The translations under genes were made by a program, and so were the position numbers. A DNA stretch of 60,032 bases, filler included, from Rhabdomonas costata (Eukaryota): assembly GCA_019059605.1 (NCBI GenBank). It is 10 parts of 10 records of this genome, joined end to end, with 100 filler letters (N's around TTAATTAATTAA, not from the genome) between each part and the next. Parts side by side here need not be neighbours in the genome. Positions count along the whole stretch, not along the records: positions 5,923 to 11,689 come from JAHMHO010000040.1; positions 11,790 to 17,709 come from JAHMHO010000041.1; positions 17,810 to 23,622 come from JAHMHO010000042.1; 7 more parts are not named here. One strand, given 5' to 3'. Below, one piece after another: positions 10,681 through 23,622 of the stretch. The notes beneath the pieces were generated by a model. The model was not told the origin of the DNA and did no database searches. It was given only the letters and a program-made list of their open reading frames with translations. Within the stretch, counting starts at the first letter, position 1; the number at the start of each line of letters is the position of its first letter.

Positions 10681-13600
10681 GCGCCAAGTTCAGATCTTTA
10701 GGAGCTAAATCACCTATAATATCACCTCCCTACATGCTTCTGACGTATTTCGGATTGCGGGAAATCTAATCAAGCCCAACGCAAGAAAATGAATTTGCGG
10801 AGCAGAAGATCATACGAGTCAAAGTTGCTTTTTACAGTAAGAACAGTAGTGACATCGGCAGTGTGTGGTATAATCATTCTTCACTGGAAACTTCCACGTC
10901 AGTGACCACCAGCTCAGGAAAAATGGTTGGTCGGAAATTGAAAATAATGTGGTAGTTTTGGTACTTCCAGTCAATATCCCAGAGTTAAATAATCTCCAAG
11001 CTCAAAAGCGTGGTACTCCGGTTTCTTTCTCTTCACCGCTATTCACCACTACGGAGTTTTTTCTTTGGTGGAATCGCCAATACCATGGCTTCCCGGGTTC
11101 TTACTGGGCCTTGTTGCATGATTGCATGCGCTCAAATGGAAGGCAAGGCGGCACTTCTGACGGAGGTGGACGCTGCTGGATACAAGTTCAACCTCGCACT
11201 TGCCGGACGCACTGCCGATACTTCATTGCCTCCGCGTTATTGGAGACGACATGATCGGGTAGGAGGTCTCTAGTGTCGTTGTCGTTTTGTAGTACCTATG
11301 GGATATTGACACCAAGTTCATGTGGTGCCCGGAACTCCAGCATTTGCCCACTGTGGTGCTCCACCAGCTTGCATGGTCGGATTTACCACGAGATCGTCAC
11401 CAACTATGATTTTAATGGCTTGTTGGTGGACGCAACTGTCCTCCAAAGCTAGTTGGATGAAACCTACAACTGGGCCTCTTTTTCTGCTCATGCGGACTCC
11501 GTTATCACTACATGGTGGTCGAATTCTTTGTGTATCTACTCCGTTGTGGCCTTCGCAGAGGCGCAAACGCTGTTACACTACCAGGCGTCGTAGACCACAA
11601 TCCTTTGCACGCGCTATGATGAAAACATCTTCCTTTTTGGCAGGACATTGTGGCCGTGAATGTGATTCATTATGTTGATATACCACAACNNNNNNNNNNN
11701 NNNNNNNNNNNNNNNNNNNNNNNNNNNNNNNNNTTAATTAATTAANNNNNNNNNNNNNNNNNNNNNNNNNNNNNNNNNNNNNNNNNNNNTTAGGAAAAAT
11801 CTCCCGACTGCACCAATGCGGTTTGAGGAGGGTTACAGTAAAATTCATTACACTGAGCGTTGTTTCAGATCCCGATTCCGGGCGGCGAAAAACGCTTCGG
11901 CGAAAAGAGCCTGTTATTAAAGCTGGAAAATTCCGCTGCAAACAGACAAAACTCAATCGTATCATCATTAGCACGAAGCTTTCACGCTCTGCTACAGTCA
12001 GATGCACTACAAGACAAGCTCACTGGACCGCCTCATGCGCAAGCGATTTTTCTATTGCAGGAAGTGAAAACAGTGCGTGCTTGTGTGGAGTAAAAAAAGC
12101 AACCGAACCCGGAACGAAGCCACTCAAGAAGCAGCCACCTTCAGAAAAGCATCCAAATTTGTACCCCAATGCGGTCATTGCGGTGCTACAGTGGGACGGT
12201 ACCGGACGGTACACCGGAATCTGTACAGTATCTTTGCACTTTTTCCAAAACCTTTACCTAAACACGTCTGCAAAGTCACTTGGATGACTCGTAAGCTGTT
12301 ACACCGAATCGTCGCTGGCAAACCACAAGTACCTTCCGGTGACATGACGCAATACCGCAAACAGCTTTTCAACAGCACACTTGGTAGCATTCAGAATGAG
12401 ATCGCAACCATTCTCGCTCATTTTATTGCAAACTCCACAGGTTAACTCTCGAGCCGAAATTGCGCAGTATTTTGGATCATCATCAGGCTTCACATCGTTT
12501 CAAACTGATCCAGACCGCTATGCACATCCAAATAACCTACAAAATTACGCTTTAAAGGTGTGCTAATAGCAAAAAACCAGGAGTGGAACACGCGCTAATC
12601 TACACCAAATACAGCTTTTTGGACATCAACGAGCGCAAATATGAGCTGTATTACGAATAACCATATACATCCACACATGGTATGAGCCATGTGCCACATA
12701 CTCATCTAAGTGTGCATCGCTGTTATCTAGCCCAACCGCGCAGCTGATGAGTTGCCCACAAAGATATCAGGAGCCATGCACAGGAGCTCACAACTCCTTC
12801 CATGGTTTCAGCCCGCATTTAGCGCACCAAAAATTCAACCAGATGCCACGTCACATCATAGATGATTCACAGAACGCCACGATAAGCCAGAAGTACCACG
12901 TGGTCCGATAAAATGTCAAAGATACCACGACAACACACGCACATTACTCTTCTCTGGCATCCCTCCAGTTTCCGCGCCACATTTCCAGCACATTCTCCTT
13001 TGCGTTTGTCACCCCACTGTAGAATCCAGTTTTCTTGCTCGTTTGTATGTATCGTCTTTTTGTATTCTGTTAGCCATATATCATTGGTTTTATAACACAA
13101 TATGGCAACTTTATGTCCAAAACGTTTAGGCTTACATTCCATCTTCCTCCATACGTGTCATTTTAATATGATGTTTTGATCCTCTCTGCTGCACATTGCT
13201 TATATTAACTTTGTTTTCTGCCCGCAATACCGTAGCAATGTGTGGCCAGCAATGAGCAAATACTGTGGTCACTTAGAACGTAGTCTTTACGCCTTCCATG
13301 GAGGACGGTCATGGNNNNNNNNNNNNNNNNNNNNNNNNNNNNNNNNNNNNNNNNNNNNNNNNNNNNNNNNNNNNNNNNNNNNNNNNNNNNNNNNNNNNNN
13401 NNNNNNNNNNNNNNNNNNNNNNNNNNNNNNNNNNNNNNNNNNNNNNNNNNNNNNNNNNNNNNNNNNNNNNNNNNNNNNNNNNNNNNNNNNNNNNNNNNNN
13501 NNNNNNNNNNNNNNNNNNNNNNNNNNNNNNNNNNNNNNNNNNNNNNNNNNNNNNNNNNNNNNNNNNNNNNNNNNNNNNNNNNNNNNNNNNNNNNNNNNNN

Positions 13601-15119
13601 NNNNNNNNNNNNNNNNNNNNNNNNNNNNNNNNNNNNNNNNNNNNNNNNNNNNNNNNNNNNNNNNNNNNNNNNNNNNNNNNNNNNNNNNNNNNNNNNNNNN
13701 NNNNNNNNNNNNNNNNNNNNNNNNNNNNNNNNNNNNNNNNNNNNNNNNNNNNNNNNNNNNNNNNNNNNNNNNNNNNNNNNNNNNNNNNNNNNNNNNNNNN
13801 NNNNNNNNNACGGACCTGGTTCCGGTCATATGGGTGTCCTCTGACGCGGAGAAGTGTGCAGGTGTATATTTGTATCACCCTTCTCAAACTTTTCATGCGC
13901 TTTCTTTTGACCGGTTTTGTTACACCTGTTTTATCCATCGGAAGTAATGTGTGTGGAGTCAATTCTGTGTCACTCAATGACCTGTCTTTTTTGAATCCAC
14001 GGTGGACGGTGGCGGGTGGTGACGGAGCAAAGTTCACAATGCTTGTAAAAAGATTGTTTGCTGCGTCCGCTTGACATGTGTACACCAGAATAAAGTGAAA
14101 CCAGGTCGACCACTGGAAGTTGCCAAAACGTACTTTGCCCATCTTCATGGATAGTGATACCCTCATTAAAACCCACCACTTAGCTATCTAGTCTTGGCCT
14201 TTCAAAAAGGCATATGAAGCGGTTCATCCTCCACATGCCCCCCCATTCTCTCTCCATCCCATTCTTATTTTTTGTGGATCAAACCCGTTTGAAACACCGT
14301 GGGGGGTTGGTTGTTGGAGCCGATCATTGCACTCGCCTGACTGCAGTTTTCAGTAATTGGTAGCACGTTACTGTGGGCAATTGCGGTGGTACGCGGTCTT
14401 TTGGGACGAGCGTCATTGAAACTTCGTACTCCGAGTAGAAGCCCACCGAAAGCCAAATGGACAAGACCTTTTCCTTATTCACCGCGTCCGCCGCCGCAAT
14501 TATTACTACGACGGTATTAAAGAATTGCCGCCACCGGCATATTTTGCATTGTTTCTGCTTTTTCCTCTGGCAGACCTGCTTTTGGTCTTTTCTAGCTGCC
14601 AGTGTCTTGGCGCTAGACTTGCGGATTCCACATCTTTTAGACAGCAACATGCGCCACGTTTTTTGCACTTCCCTGTGCCCCCGTCTGCTTCCATCGTACC
14701 ACGTGTCACCCAATTTGTTTCCACCAATTCTTCCAATCCACACTCATGTTTCCTTCGCTTGAACACGCGCCTCTTTTGGAGAGGTTTTTTTCTTAGAATG
14801 CGTGCGCTTTGTCAACATCCTTGGTTTTCGTATCCGATGACATTTTTTGGGTATTCTTCCGGTGTAACGGCTCAGCGTACGTAGGAAGAACGTTTTGTAG
14901 TAGAAGGTAAAGGAGAAAGCTGGGTAATTCAGACAAGAGTGTCGTAGTAGCTTGGACGCTTTGTTAGTCACATAATTTTGTAAGGAGGTCAGAGGAGTAT
15001 TAAAGAGCAGAGATCAGTTGAGGATTTTTATGTGTTTAAGAAATTCGCAAATAGGTGCGAGAGCAGTAGAAAAGCGAGTTATCAGCAGGCGGCTGTGCAA
15101 AGCAAAAGCCAGTAGCATT

Positions 15120-15790
15120 TTTACTGGATCCAAAACTCTCGTCTTGTAAGGAATGCGATCACTAGAATGGAAATACTGGATGTGCTCTTCCTCTCAACTC
15201 CTTCTGAATGTCCAGCACGAAAGTCGTGTCTGTGATCTTCTTGATGACAGTACATGGCACTACAGCTTTCGTCGCTGGGTCTCCTAACTCCACCTTGTAG
15301 TGCTTCCGCTTGTTTATCAGCACATCTTGCACCACGAAAACTTGTAATCTGCTTTATTGCGATTGCCGCTTCACGAAGTATCAACGCACTGCGAACCAGG
15401 TTTCACTCGTACTTCATCTTCTTACTTGCAACCTCACTGGCTCTCTTCTTGATCATAGCCATGGCTCTGGCGTCTCAGGAAAATACCAGCAAAACACCGG
15501 ATGATACCAATGGTTGAGGTGAAGCGGACAGTTCTACGTGTTTGCAATCGGCGCACTGTTGATCGCAATCTCCACCAATAAAACAAGATCTTGCCACTTC
15601 ACTCCGGGCCTCTTCGCATTCATCGTACGGAACACCTTCTTCATCGTCTGATTTTTCCCCCAGGCCTGGCCGTTTGCCTGCGGATGATACGGCGAATATC
15701 TCCTCTTCCGAATGTCTAAGAATGTCATCAATTTCTTACAAAACAACAAAATAAACAATGGATCTCTATCACTAACTCACGATGATTCTT
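15120..15790 (-). pseudogene. Ty3/Gypsy integrase fragment (second element)
   Basis: RRYSPYHPQANGQA..NQTMKKVFR..WQDLVLLVEIAINSA matches the rve core motif HPQxDGQxE..NxT..W...L..VE.A.N. Confidence 0.8.
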
Positions 15791-17811
15791 GTGTAACGGA
15801 TCAGAACACGTAGGAGAGTCTTCGAATGGATGAAAATATAAAGAACACTTTGATGTTCGTAGTCTTCCGAATTTTCAGAGTCACTTTCGACGGAGTAGAG
15901 ATAGTGGTCGATATACGAGATTTGAGAGGAATGATTGACTAGATAAATATTGGAAGATTGTAAGATTGGAACGCTTAAATGAGAAGAGAGGAGAGCGTTG
16001 TTTCTGCAAGAGCAGAGATAAATTCTGTTGGTGAGATGAGACTTCAGAAAAGCTCAAGAGTTGATGAAGAAGCGGTGCATTTGGATAAGCCAGTGGAGGA
16101 AGCCACGAAAGAACTTTGAGGACAAATGGGAAGCAAGAGCAATTACATCTGACCGAGGCAAGTCGGGAAAAAGCAAAACAATATGACACCCAAACAGGCA
16201 GAAAAGCGAAGCTAGAGAGTAAAAGTGGATAGAATGCCGAACCGGAGAGAGAGAATGGCAAGACCCTCGAGCGATCAAGTGTGAGAAATGATTGGGAAGA
16301 AAAATGGAATAGACGCAATAAGCATGAGTGCACGGCAAGCAAAAGGCACAGGAGAAATGAGGGCAGCCAGCGAGCAGAGAGGAGAGGATATGAAACGCAC
16401 ACGAGATATAAGAAAAGAGGCGCTCAGATAGACGGGAAATGCTTGAGGCAAGACAATGTGTAAAAAGAAGGCAAAGATAAATGGGATAAAGCCTTGCGAA
16501 GATAAATGAAATCCTCGTTGCTCATGTGCACGGGTTTGTTGATTTTTCCCAGCTAAGATTGATGAGATGAAGATCCTGCAAATTGAGTGAATTTGACAAC
16601 GAGCGGATGGAGGATTAAAAGAGTAACAAGTCGGTGTTCTTTAATGCCTATTTCAAGAGATGAGGCGAAAGATACCGATAAAGGGTCTGGAATCCGACGT
16701 CTGATTATTTGGGTGTACTTTGGTTTTCGTGGTGTTTTTGGGTTGTGATTAAAAAGCTGTTTACATATTTTACAGGTTGCAGCTAAAAAGCTCAGCGGAG
16801 CGAGGCTAAAGCGAGGTAGAGGCGATTCATGGCTAAAAAGGTTGAGAGTTGAACCTTCTCACTTCCCCTCTGCTGTGCTTTGGTGCCGCTCCCTTCTTGC
16901 TTTTCTTGTTTTTGTGTGTGAAAGGCGTAAGAGGACGGCTTGGAAGAGGCAATACCTCCAGGACCACACCTCCAAGCGTAACCATCGAAAGCAAAGGCCC
17001 TTGAAGCTAGCAGCCAGCAGAAGTCACAGCAAGAGAAGTCCAGCGAAACCACCAGCTTTGATCAAGACCCCGGACACGCCTCAGCTAAAGATCCCTCAAT
17101 CTAGAGCAAGAAATTGCCGAGCCGAAGAGCCCAACGCCACACACACACACCCAAGCTAGGAACCAAAGATATAGCCCACGCGGCGGCGACAGACCGCAGT
17201 GCACAAATGGAGGAAGCCAGACCGTGATCGGTGTAAACTCAGCTTTTTCTGGCTGTTTCCACCAGTGTAAACAGCGGAAGCGCCCACTTAGTGACAGCTA
17301 AGTCTGGATACAGGCTGTCAGAAGAGGAGCCCAGAGCCACGACCAACAGCACGAGGTAGGTGGCACGTAAGAGGCTCGGAGGATAGACGTCGTGTGACAG
17401 GTGGTAGTTGAATCTTGATAAATATCCAGAGCGCAGTGTTCAATAGAACCACCTTGACATGTGGCAGCAGATGGATGTCTTCTTTCAAGAGGAGTAAGAT
17501 CGTACAGCACCAGAGTAGCCCGGCGCGCAGAGCCCCAATGGAAAGAGTCAACGCCAGCTAGTATAAATAAATCCAGAGGCGTCGCTACAGAGGTCGCATG
17601 GTAGAAGAGCAAGCGAGCTATAACAGGTGACGAATACATGCTAAATGTATCCACCTCCGCAGGTGATACAAAGCCTTCATAAAAGCGTATTGATCGCACC
17701 CCCACCCCCNNNNNNNNNNNNNNNNNNNNNNNNNNNNNNNNNNNNNNNNNNNNTTAATTAATTAANNNNNNNNNNNNNNNNNNNNNNNNNNNNNNNNNNN
17801 NNNNNNNNNGG

Positions 17812-18124
17812 TTGTGTGAGAGTAAGTAATGAATACGTACCGAACTTTCCCCTGAGTCGCCCTTCAAGATAATCCAATCCATCGAGGAAACTGTTGGAAC
17901 TGGACAACAAAGAGCGGGGGGGGGGTCACAACTGGCCTCTTCTATTGTGTGATTTAGCCTCCGTTTTGGCCCTTGGCCCTTGGCCCTTGGCTCTTTGCTT
18001 TTTAGACCCACCCCTCCCCCGCTCTTTGTTGTCCAGTTCCAACAGTTTCCTCGATGGATTGGATTATCTTGAAGGGCGACTCAGGGGAAAGTTCGGTGCG
18101 TATTCATTACTTACTCTCACACAA
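17812..18124. repeat. Long inverted repeat / foldback (MITE-like) element
   Basis: 17812-17920 is the reverse complement of 18016-18124 (109-bp arms, one visible mismatch). The ~95-bp spacer contains TTGGCCC repeats. Confidence 0.9.
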
Positions 18125-20453
18125 TTTTCCGCGAACATTCCATGGCAGAAAATTCCGTTTCCCAGGAACCCTTTATAACATCAGTGTTTTTAAAACTTTT
18201 TTGTCAGCCTGATGAGTGGAGGGTTTTGTCTCTCTACTCCGGCGCTTGGGACTGCGATAACGCATGGGCGCAGAGGCAGGTGGGGGTTTTTGTACGTACA
18301 TTGTGGGTGTCGTGGTTAAACCCTATAAATTCTTTGCCATGGCTTTCGCTCTAAAGAATAACTCTAAACCAATTGACCCGAATACGATGCATCGGCTTTG
18401 CCTACACCGGGTCTTTTCCTGCAATTGATCCAATGGAAGATGATTCCAGTAAGACAAAAGACTTCAACAGTGTTCTTTGCAAGCGAGTGACATAGGAAGC
18501 AAAGAATGACAGAATGCATCTACAGTGGGGAGCGGTCGGGAGCAGCGCAGTGTCTATCTGTGAAAGAGTCTGTACACAAGGGCGCAGTGAGATTGTGCAC
18601 GCACGCGGTTTCACCATCATAACCACCTCCTCTGCTATTTCTTTTCCACGTTTCCCCCTTCCGTGATGGTTTCTCCAGAGGAGCGCTGTGGACACTGCCG
18701 TTGAGCTGCGGTTGTGTGTTGGAAAGCCGCGAGATTCAATTCCGGAGATCCGGGGCCTTCGGCTAAAGCTTTCGCGGGAGAAGCTGCTTGTTCTCGTCCA
18801 GGGTGTGCCTCTTCTTTGAGCATTGTAGTATTGCACCAAGGATTGTGAGTTTTTGAGCCTCTGATCTCCGGTTCTCCAGTGTTTTAGCGTGTAGTACCAG
18901 AGAATATGCAAGCGAGAGGAAATGTGATAGCAAGGCTAGAGTGTGGGTGGTGCCCGTCTACAAATGCTGTGATTTTTAAGGGGGGCTTGGCTGAAGTGGT
19001 TCAAATCACATCCGTGCAGATAAGGTGGTTGGAACCCCGGATAAGCGTGCATCGTTTTTTGAACCCCGGGTGATGTTTTTTGGACGGGACCTTACCTCCC
19101 CACCTTCATGCACATTTTTTGCAAGAGCACGTTTTCCGGGCTCCATTACCGCCATTCAGCCGCTGCTGCGCAGTCCTGCAAATTCCCACCCTGTTTACAC
19201 AAATCCCAACCACTTCCCTTACAGCGATGCTATTTCCTCATTTAAGAACCAAAAGTTTCCCCTTTAGGCTCACTCAAAGCAAATGCACCAATCTGACTTT
19301 TCAACTTTGGTTCCGATAGATGTTGTGTGTTGGGTACATTAAATCCGACATCCTATTTCTGCCCTTCCTGTTTTTTTGTGCAAATCGTCCATGATTTTGC
19401 GAACAGTGTGATAGTAAGCAATCCATGTATTGAAAATAATTCCATTTTCCTGGTTGTTATTATGCTCTCGAGTGATTCAAAGATAAAATGACGGCTGCAT
19501 TGTCGACTGGTGCAACCCGGCGTAACATGGAGATTTACTTCGGGACACAAGTGGCGCATGTGGATGATTTTCAACCAATCTTAGAGCTTCAAGCAGCCCT
19601 TCAACTGATGTGCGAAGCCGAAGAAGGGATGGTGTGAGCCCCAATGTAGCCAGCGGAGTGATGTCAAGGCTGTACTGTGCCCTGGTAGGCCTCCCAGAGG
19701 AGACCTAGCTACCAGGGGACGCCAGGAAGCCCCGGAGCACGGTGTGCCCGGGAAATTCGATACCGTTGTCAGCCATTGTTCCACAGGATGGTTCACAATA
19801 AATTGCAAATCGTTCTTTCTTGTTATGCGCCATCCCTTCTCTTCGAGGGGGCCGCGGAGAGATTCTCTGTGACGAATTTTTTGATTGATGGAAATCGATT
19901 AGCTTTCGGTGTGGTTAGCGTTCGGGTGCAGGGGAGTTAGTGTTGTTCCAGTGATACTTCGGTTAATAAAATGCAGAAAATGCAACCTTGATATGCTTCG
20001 TCTGAAACATATGCTATTTAGTGTTTTAGGTTTCGGTGGTTTCAGCACATGGTGGGCTACCCAACCTTTGGTGTCTTTTAATGTATGTTTGTCATTATTT
20101 ATTTTTATATAATATTTAATTTGTCTTTTCAACCTACTTCAGCGGCTGCGGCTGTGTTATCTGAGTCGCCGCTCCTGGTGTCAGTTTTCCCTGTGCTGCG
20201 GTACTGGCGGTTGGCAAGGATCTTGCGAATTCGGCAGTTACATCTGCCGTGTCTTTGCAGGCGTTGTCGCGTTCTGTTCTGAGTATACTGTGTGCTTGCA
20301 TTTCGAGTTATCCTTGTGCAACAAAAAAAATGATATCAGTGCTCATTTGCGCCATTGTTTTCGTTTTGTTTATTTCCCCTACTTTTCTCAAAAACCCGTT
20401 GTTCGGTGCACGTCCCCTACCACTTCCGCAAGAGCTGTCCGAGTCACAAAGCA

Positions 20454-23400
20454 ATGTCCAAAGCGCCTCCGAAGTACGCTGTTCTTGAGAGGCAGGACTG
20501 CCAGTGTGTCATTAGCTCCGAGCCTACGCTGAAGAAGCTTAGCGTGGAGCTCTTTCGGTCCGAGGGTGACCCCGACAAGCGCCGCGTTGTCCGGGGCGAG
20601 TTTGTGAAGCTCTTCTCCGCATTTGCGGAGTGGATCGGCGCGAAGGTCGTTTTGTGTGATCCCGAGGAATTGGAGAATCGATCGAGTGAGACGTACCGCC
20701 ACCAAACGAATCAACGTTGGGTGAATTCTTAAGGACAAGCGAAATGAGCCAACAAGCTTCTTTTGGGGGGTGGGAAGTCGTAATTCGCGGAAACCGGCCC
20801 AGGTACCCGAGATTGTGGGCGAGGAATTCTAGTCATTCTTTCGTTTGTGATGGCCTCTTTTGAAGCAAACTTGCCTCATCTTATTGTGTGCACCAACTCA
20901 GATTACACCTGAAGAGTGCGCAGAATGGTTCAGTGCAGCAGACGCTTCGAAGCTTGGCAGCCTGGCTGTTGGGCAATTTTCAGCCCTTCTACAGAAGTTT
21001 GTAAAGGTCTGCGCATTATGCTTTCCGCGTGCTTTCAGTTTTGTTAATCCGCCGTATCTCCGAGATACCTTTCCACCTTCATTTGCTTTCCGGGTAGGTG
21101 CGAATATCAACGCAGTTTCTGCGCATCGTGAAGGTCACGGTGTTTGTAAAAGTGTACGTAGAGGCCCGAAACTACCACGTGCCAGTGACAACCACGGCAA
21201 TTCTCGCCAGAACCTTTCCCGAGCGAAGGCAGCCCTTTGCGGCATGCCTCTCGGAGCTCAGCCCAATCTCCTTGGATGAAGCATCCCGCCACAACGCCGG
21301 AATTCCCTCCCGTGCTCGAATGTACTGCTTCGCCTACCCTTGCCTCGATGACTCCGAAAGCAGGTTGTTTGGTGCAGTTGTTATTGAGCGTTTCTTATGT
21401 ATGCTTTCCATCTTACTGGTCCACCTTGCTTGGCCTGATGTGAAACTGCGTCTTTGCTTGTGATGTCTGATTGGTACACTCAGACCAGACCGATGAAATC
21501 AGATGCTCCAAACTGATCCGAAGCTTGCCGCTTGGTTGAAGCAGTCCTCATGCACACACCCTCTATTTTTGAAGCTGCCTCTATTTTAGGCTGATCCCGA
21601 AGGAGGACCCCCTGTGGGGCTTTCTCACCCTGGGGGGATTTTTCTACCTGGACGAGTGCTACAACCTCATGCAGGTCAATGGGTTGCTGGAGGTGGCCTG
21701 TGAGGGCGCGGAAAGGCTAGGGACGAAGATGCTGCTGCTATCCTCGGCCCTCCCCGTGGTGCAGGAGATGCGCAATGTGGCCACCTTGCAGCCCTATGGC
21801 AGGCCCTTCCTAAATCAGTCCAACACCGCCAAATTTGCGTGGGTTTCCCCAAGTACCATAGGTGCTGTGCCGCTCCCCTCCCAACTCTCGTTTTTGTCTG
21901 AAAGGTTGCTGAAATGGTATTAGGGAAGATCTTTGGCCTTGAGACGTCATTACAGTTGCCGTCTGATACCCACACCAGATGCAAGCGCAATCTATGTCAA
22001 GGATAAGGGCAGTTTTTGATGCACAGATCTGTTGTTTCATTGGCCTAATCGGAGATTAGAAGACATTCATGCTGGATGCAGCAGAACGTGTGGTCAACCG
22101 ACCAGCTCGGTGCAGTGAAGACTGTCAAGTTTCGGTGTTTGGTCATATGTTTCAGCGGACCTACCCGTGGTGGCTCCGCACGGGTGCTTTGTGATCTCCC
22201 ACTCTGATGGCAAGCCAGATGTAATGATTCGGGTTCTATGCAAGGCAGAGGGGTGCTGCGACCACAATATGTGGGTCGCGCCCACCCCGCGAGCCCCTAC
22301 CAGTGCCCCCCGCGATGAGGCCATTCGTCGCTACCTGCGAAAGTTTGCAGATCAGTCTGAGAAGCTTCTCGACGACGTTACCACCATGGATAAAGATTGC
22401 CACGGCCTATTCTCGATCCTCGCCGAAGCGAAGCCCGCGATTCCAAAAGCTGAGCTTCAGGTAGTTCTCGCTCAGTTGGGAGATTTGATGAAACGGAAAG
22501 TCCAGCCTGATGACGTAAAAACGTGGCTCGATGATACCCTTAGTGACGAACAGAACGAGATCGATGAGGGCACATTCGCTGTTCTCATGAGGCAGTTCCT
22601 GACGAACCAGATTGCTCTGGAGCGGATGGAGCTCGCGATTAAGAAGGCCATAAAGGAGGGCCCGTCAGGCTTTCTGTCAGGTGCTTCGGATTCTGCGAAA
22701 CTTCGCGTTGTATTTATCCACAAGGACGTGAAACTGCAACTCGTTCTGAACGGCTCTCAGTATTTCTTCCGCGACACCACGATTGAAGGAGTGAAAATTC
22801 CTTCTTCGATCAGGGGAAGTCTGTCAGAGATGGCAGACGTCAACCTCGACCCTCGTGGTAAGCAAAAGGCGGGCGTTCCGCGCAACGCAGCTCGCTTCTG
22901 CTTTACCTACCCTGCTTCCGAGCTGAGCGCTTTGGCTGAACTGAAGCCGCTGGAGAAACCGGCGCATGCATTTCTTATTGCGGGAGGGTTTGTCTATCTG
23001 GACAAGGGGAACAATATTCTCAGGATCAACAGACTGGGCTTCTTCGATGCCAAGCAGCACTCCCGTTCCCTGATCCTCTCCTGCCCCAGACCCGTGACCG
23101 TACTCCGTCCTGCACACTCACAGGGCCCGACCTCAGCCAGGCCTCCTGCCATGCTGGCTCGTACCCTCCTGGGAGTGGATATTTTGGAAAGTTACGAGTG
23201 GGTCCCACCAGAAGCCGCTGCTTCACACGGTGTCCCAGAGTCTACCCATGGGGCCTTTCTTGTTTCGGTACGAGCCCCGGCGCGAGAGAGCTTTCTCTTC
23301 CACGTCCTCTGCCGTGGTATGGCATGCTGTGGAGACGAATGGAACAATGCCATGGGGGCGCGCTCCCAGGCCCCAGCACCTTCCCTCGCCACTGAAGGTC

Positions 23401-23622
23401 CCGCTATGGGCATGCAGCGAGTCCTGGACTGTTACCAGAAATTGAGTACTTCCACCAACCCAGCAGGTCTGCAGCTTTGGGGCAGGCGGCTCTTCGCAGA
23501 GATCGCGGACCAGGCCACCGGCACCATGCTTTCTCGCAAGCGTTTTGTTACTGCCCTTGACAAGCTGGTGAAGGCCCTCAAGCTTAACCTCGACACGGCA
23601 TCTCTGGAGTCGTGGTTTACAT
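20454..23622 (+). CDS. Multi-exon, 3'-partial protein with EF-hand-like pairs alternating with a duplicated unrecognised domain
   Basis: Exons 20454-20645, 20902-21006, 21098-21363, 21590-21861 and 22156-23622 join in frame through GT-AG introns (phases 0, 0, 2, 1). EF-like loops: ADASKLGSLAVGQF and SDEQNEIDEGTF. Internal repeat: NAGIPSRARMYCFAYP..GGFFYLD versus KAGVPRNAARFCFTYP..GGFVYLD. Confidence 0.8.

Noticed and set aside
13240-14166. Long ORFs containing X runs (also near 27138-28322 and 43383-44105)
   Set aside because: Their length comes from N gaps or microsatellite translation (YSTVQ repeats).
15881-16402. Hydrophobic membrane-protein ORF
   Set aside because: It is the antisense translation of purine-rich low-complexity DNA.
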